From: Eledone cirrhosa
Lineage: Eukaryota
NCBI GenBank assembly: GCA_964016885.1
Contig: OZ024740.1
Location: 321,408,001 to 321,472,000, forward strand
DNA: 64,000 bases
Reading direction: 5' to 3'
Below, piece after piece: positions 58,845-64,000 of the stretch (the first letter of the stretch is position 1; each line of letters begins with the position of its first letter). Position numbers and translations under genes: made by a program. The notes under the pieces were generated by a model. The model did no database searches and had not been told where the DNA came from. It saw nothing but the letters and a program-made list of their open reading frames with translations.

Positions 58845-60305
58845 AAGGCGACGGCCTACTACCAACGCCTTCCAACCAACATCTTCGTGTACATAAACAT
58901 GGAAGTGGTAGAAAGAGTGCACCCGAGCATAAAGTGAAAGGGGCACCGAACGGGCGACAGCGCATTAACACACATAAGAGCGATCACTTAGATGGAACCA
59001 CCCGTAGCAAAAGTACAAGGACACGTAATCGCCACCGTAACGTCCTATGGTTCCACCCCCCCTACTCTCGAAGTGTGGCCTCCAACATACCCCGGTTATT
59101 CTTCGAAGCCTTAGAGAAGAACTTCCCACCCAACCATAGGTATAGAAAAATTCTTAATAGGAACAATATAAAAATATCCTTCTCTACTACTCCTAACCTA
59201 GCGGACATCATAGGAACAACGAACCACAGTAAGATCACCAAGACACAGCACCTCGACGCAGACGCACCTACACCTGACAATAACTGTATAGGCCTTAACA
59301 ACTCCCTGACAGCATCCAATAGTGTTGGCAACGGCATCCGCAGACGCAACCAGAATGACCGCGAGGTGACTGGGGAACATGCAAAACATGGCGTGCGGAA
59401 TAACAATCGCACCATCCCGCGTGCTGTGGGTTGTAATTGTGCTAACGACAGCTGCGGTAGCACAGCTAACAACGTAGGCAGCAACAATGATAGCCTTATC
59501 GTGGGAAATAGACGGAACAGCGACAGAAATTGCAACTGCCGCGACAGAGGACGGTGCCCCCTTAGAGGATACTGCTTGACCGATAGGGTTATATATAGAT
59601 GCACTATTACTAGCCACAATAGCGTTAAACATTATATAGGGGCCACCTCCGGCCCGTTCAAAATTAGGTTTCGAACACATCTCCACTCTTTCACAAATAG
59701 AAAACTAAGGCACTCCACCTCGCTCGCGGACTACATCACATCACTAAAGGACTTAAACATTAGCTTCTCCACGCACTGGGAGATTGTCGACAGGGCTGCA
59801 CCGTACAACTTCAAGGGGAAATGCGATCTTTGCCTCATGGAGCTCTACCACATCATAACTGCACCCCACGAGCTCATCAACAGCAGAGCTGAAACAGCGA
59901 TAAGTTGTACACATCGCTTAAAAATATCCTTCTTTAGATGGGTTAAGAATGGAGAGTGAAATAACACACTGGATCTCCCTGCAACAAGTCTTAACACCCC
60001 GGCGGGCAGGCGCAGCAAAACAACACCCAGAAAACGATCCCTGCATACCAAAAATTATGCGGGAAAGACTGCCCTAACACCGGCCAAAGTTACCTCCCTT
60101 GACCTGCTGCAAAATCAAAACAAGATATTTTTGCGAGCGATGAATCTTGATGTCGATTTAACCCCCAAATCTCTTTCCAAACTATATAAGGAACACTTGT
60201 GACTGTTTATGCCCTTGAGAAGCCCAACTGGGCGAAACGTACGTAGGTGATATTTTCAATAAACATGTTTTAACGGTCTATTCTCCGATTTTTCACTTTC
60301 CCACG
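58845..60305 (+). mobile_element. 5'-truncated PLE: linker plus GIY-YIG endonuclease (ORF 58934-59959) and 3' end with hammerhead
   Basis: WFHPPYS, CNCRDRGRCPLRGYCL..VIYRC...YIGAT..FKIR...H, CDLCLME; flanked by (TA)n on both sides. Confidence 0.9.
60204..60265 (+). ncRNA. Hammerhead ribozyme, U3-A8 core variant with interrupted, extended stem I
   Basis: TGTTTAT.gcCC-TTGAGAA-GCCC aact GGGC-GAAA-CGTACG-TA-GG...ATAAACA. Confidence 0.75.
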
Positions 60306-61185
<880 letters not shown>

Positions 61186-61322
61186 GCAAAAGTTTTATTT
61201 AAGATTGTTGGGTTACAACGAGTAAATATTTTATAACTGATATAAAAGCACTCAACAGTTTCTGGAGTAGGTTTACGATATTAAACAAATGGAAACTATA
61301 TTTATATTTATAAAACCATATT

Positions 61323-61388
61323 TATTTCGTTATATATATTTCTGGGATATCATATTAAAAATATGTTATGCCTTCCTCAGACAAAATA
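61323..61388 (-). ncRNA. Type-I hammerhead ribozyme with long stem II; flanks related to 18450-18600
   Basis: TATTTTGT-CTGAGGA-aGGcATAaCATATT ttt AATATGaTATcCCa-GAAA-TATATA-TA-ACGAAATA. Confidence 0.82.
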
Positions 61389-62317
61389 CAATACATAAGC
61401 TGTTTTATAAATAATTAGTGACATACCTTGTGATAATGCAACTTCCTTTTAAAAAGTTGATTTGGTAGTGAAACTGTTATGATAGTTATATAGAAAGAAA
61501 ACGAAGATGAGAAGAAGAAGATGAAGAGATGTATGCAAATAAAAAAAAAAAAGAAGAATATGAAGAGATGTATGCAAAGAAAAACAACGGAGCGAGATAG
61601 AGAGACAAGGAGAGAGAGAAATACATTGATGGTGAAAAAACATAGTAGGCTGCTTTTTGACAGATGATCATCGTATATGTGAGAGGTTAAGGGAAGGGAT
61701 ACAGTTAAATTAGTGTATAGGAGAAAAAGAAAGAAAGATGATATATTTAAAATATATTAAAAATATATTATGTCTCATCCATTTGAATTATCAATTTTTA
61801 TGAATTAGGTATTATAATGTAAATATCAGTATTCATGAATGAGACACATATCCATAATGTGTGAAAAAAAAAATGACCACATGCTCAGTTAAAAATTCTT
61901 AGGTCTATAAGCAAAATCTGAGATAAAACTTCAAACATAAGTATATATGCATTCTCCTGAAAAAAGAGAAAAGAGAAGGTTATCTCAAATTCAAGTTGAT
62001 AAATATAGACGCACATGTGAACCTACGTGATACGCTGCACTGATTCTTATATTTCATGAAAAACTTCAATGCGTTAGAAAAGATTCCACCCTACATACAT
62101 TTACATACATATATACATATATATAGACACAAAACATATAAGATATACATTAACATCTAAAATAACATTCCAGCCTCACTTGCATGATCATCGATCAAGC
62201 ATAGAGTAGACAACAGATATCAATATTAAAATTAAAAACGCCAAGAATATCTTCGTCACTCCACTTGCATATATTTTGCTCCAATACCGTTGAGCGCTTT
62301 ATATTATAACTGAAAAA

Positions 62318-64000
62318 ATGGAATTCTTTAAGATCTCTTCTTCTCTAAAAGACATACCTCTACCTAGAAACAAGGACTTTATTAAACAACTAATAGATAA
62401 ATCAGACTCCTTTATAAGGAGAATCAGGTGGCGTGCATTCCACTTTGATAAATCTAAATCTAACGTAAACGAAAATGCCTCAGACCTAGACAGAGTCTTC
62501 AAATCTAAAAAAAATCCACCCCCCAACAAACCTTTGAATGATTTTGAAAACGATATAATTTCTATCATACAAGGAGTCAGATTCAAGAGAAACTTCAATG
62601 GCCAGGAATATCTGAAAAGCATTAAGGATAATATTGCGAGCTTAGAGAGAACAGAGAAGATCTTGGTGAAATCGGACAAAACCAACAACCTCTATGGAGT
62701 GGAAAAAGACATGTATAATGGCCTCATACTGAAAGAACTAAGGAAAAAGTACAAGGTAGCAGATAAGGCTGAACTTGAGAAAATGAATGTTGAGGCATCA
62801 TGTATAATGCATGAGTTGGAAATTGAGAACAAAACACAACCTTTCGTGCCTAGGAAACCCAAGATCAATATGAAAGATCACAAGTGAAATTTTGAAAATG
62901 ACTTGCCAGTCAGGTTGATTGCACCATCAAAATCTGACCTGGGTAAACTTAGCAAGAACATTCTAGACAGAGTGATACAGCAAATTAAGGACTTGAATTG
63001 TTTACCTGGCTTGACCTTGTGGAAGGGAACTGGGGAGGTCATTGAGTGGTTTAATGAAATTAAATATAACAATAATAATAAATTTATTCAACTAGATATT
63101 GTTAACTACTATTCATCCATTACCCCTAATCTACTTAATAAGGCACTAAATTACGCATTCAAGCATACAGACCTAACTAGCAATGAAATGCACATTATAT
63201 TATCGGCAAGGAAAACTTTGATAGAATTTAATAACCAACTATGGACTAGGGCAGATAGAGATAATAATTTTGACATTACTATGGGATCATCAGACTCAGC
63301 TCAGGTAACGGACCTTGTGGGCCTATTTATAATTAATTCGCTGCATAGGAAAATACCCGGTGTTACCGGAGGTTTATATAGAGATGACATGCTTTTACTT
63401 ATTGAAAATAATAACTCTGAACTAAATAAGAAAAGAAAACAAATTATACAATTTTTTAATTACCTTAATCTAAAAATAGAAATTGAGAATAACCATAGAA
63501 TAGTCAATTTCCTAGACGTAACATTTAATCTCAACACATGTCTTCACTATCCATTTCATAAGTTAAATGAAAACTTGAATTATGTCAATTTTAGCTCCAA
63601 TCACCCCAGATCTGTCAAAAATACTATAGTGAACTCTGTTCAAAAACGTATCTCTAGAATCTCTTCCAATAAAAATATTTTTGACGAAAAAGCCCAGTAT
63701 TATAATGAAGCTTTAGCTAGAGCAGGATATAGTGATAAAATTATGTACATCGATAATAGACAAACTAACCAAAATAACAACAATTTTAATTACAGTAACA
63801 ACTTTAACAACTATAATAGAAAGCACTACAATAATTTCAAAAACCAGAAAAGAAATAGAACTAGAAATATAATATGGTTTGCCCCCCCTTTCTCACTAAA
63901 CATTAAAACCCACATCGCTAAACTATTTTTTAATGCTCTTGACAAACGCTTCCCTAGAACACATAAGTATCACTCAATTTTTAATAGACATACTATAAAA
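62318..64000 (+). mobile_element. Penelope-like element RT ORF running off the window, open except for one in-frame TGA
   Basis: RWRA, KSDKTNN, KDHK*NF, RLIAPSKS, DIVNYYSSI, FDITMGS, LYRDD, VNFLDV, SNHP, WFAPPFS all in one frame. Confidence 0.9.

Noticed and set aside
53500-59686. ORFs of 98-185 aa antisense to PLE ORFs
   Set aside because: Shadow frames of GC-richer transposon coding sequence with no recognisable motifs.

Overview
This is AT-rich animal genomic DNA with spliceosomal introns, abundant (TA)n/(CA)n microsatellites and tRNA-headed SINEs. The repeat landscape looks octopus/cephalopod-like, which is an inference only. Two convergent genes are partly contained. (1) On the + strand are six 3' coding exons (5084-13234) of selenophosphate synthetase. 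A textbook form-2 SECIS lies about 2.25 kb after the stop (15476-15546), so this is most likely the selenoprotein SPS2; the UGA-bearing exon lies upstream of the window. (2) On the - strand are five 3' exons (56781 down to 31882) of an SLC5 sodium:solute symporter. The rest is transposon-derived: at least eight Penelope-like element (PLE; RT + GIY-YIG) copies or fragments, RTE LINE pieces, a Tc1/mariner relic, two non-autonomous Helitrons, SINEs and a complete non-coding LTR element with a tRNA-Trp PBS. The main hidden signal is about 16 minimal type-I hammerhead ribozyme motifs with palindromic helix III, mostly at PLE termini. They include U3-A8 core variants and a U3-A8 plus GCAA (A13C) variant found in two separate insertions. 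Many sit in long fold-back palindromes, and several are sense-oriented inside the introns of both genes. All calls were made by eye; no database searches or folding programs were run.
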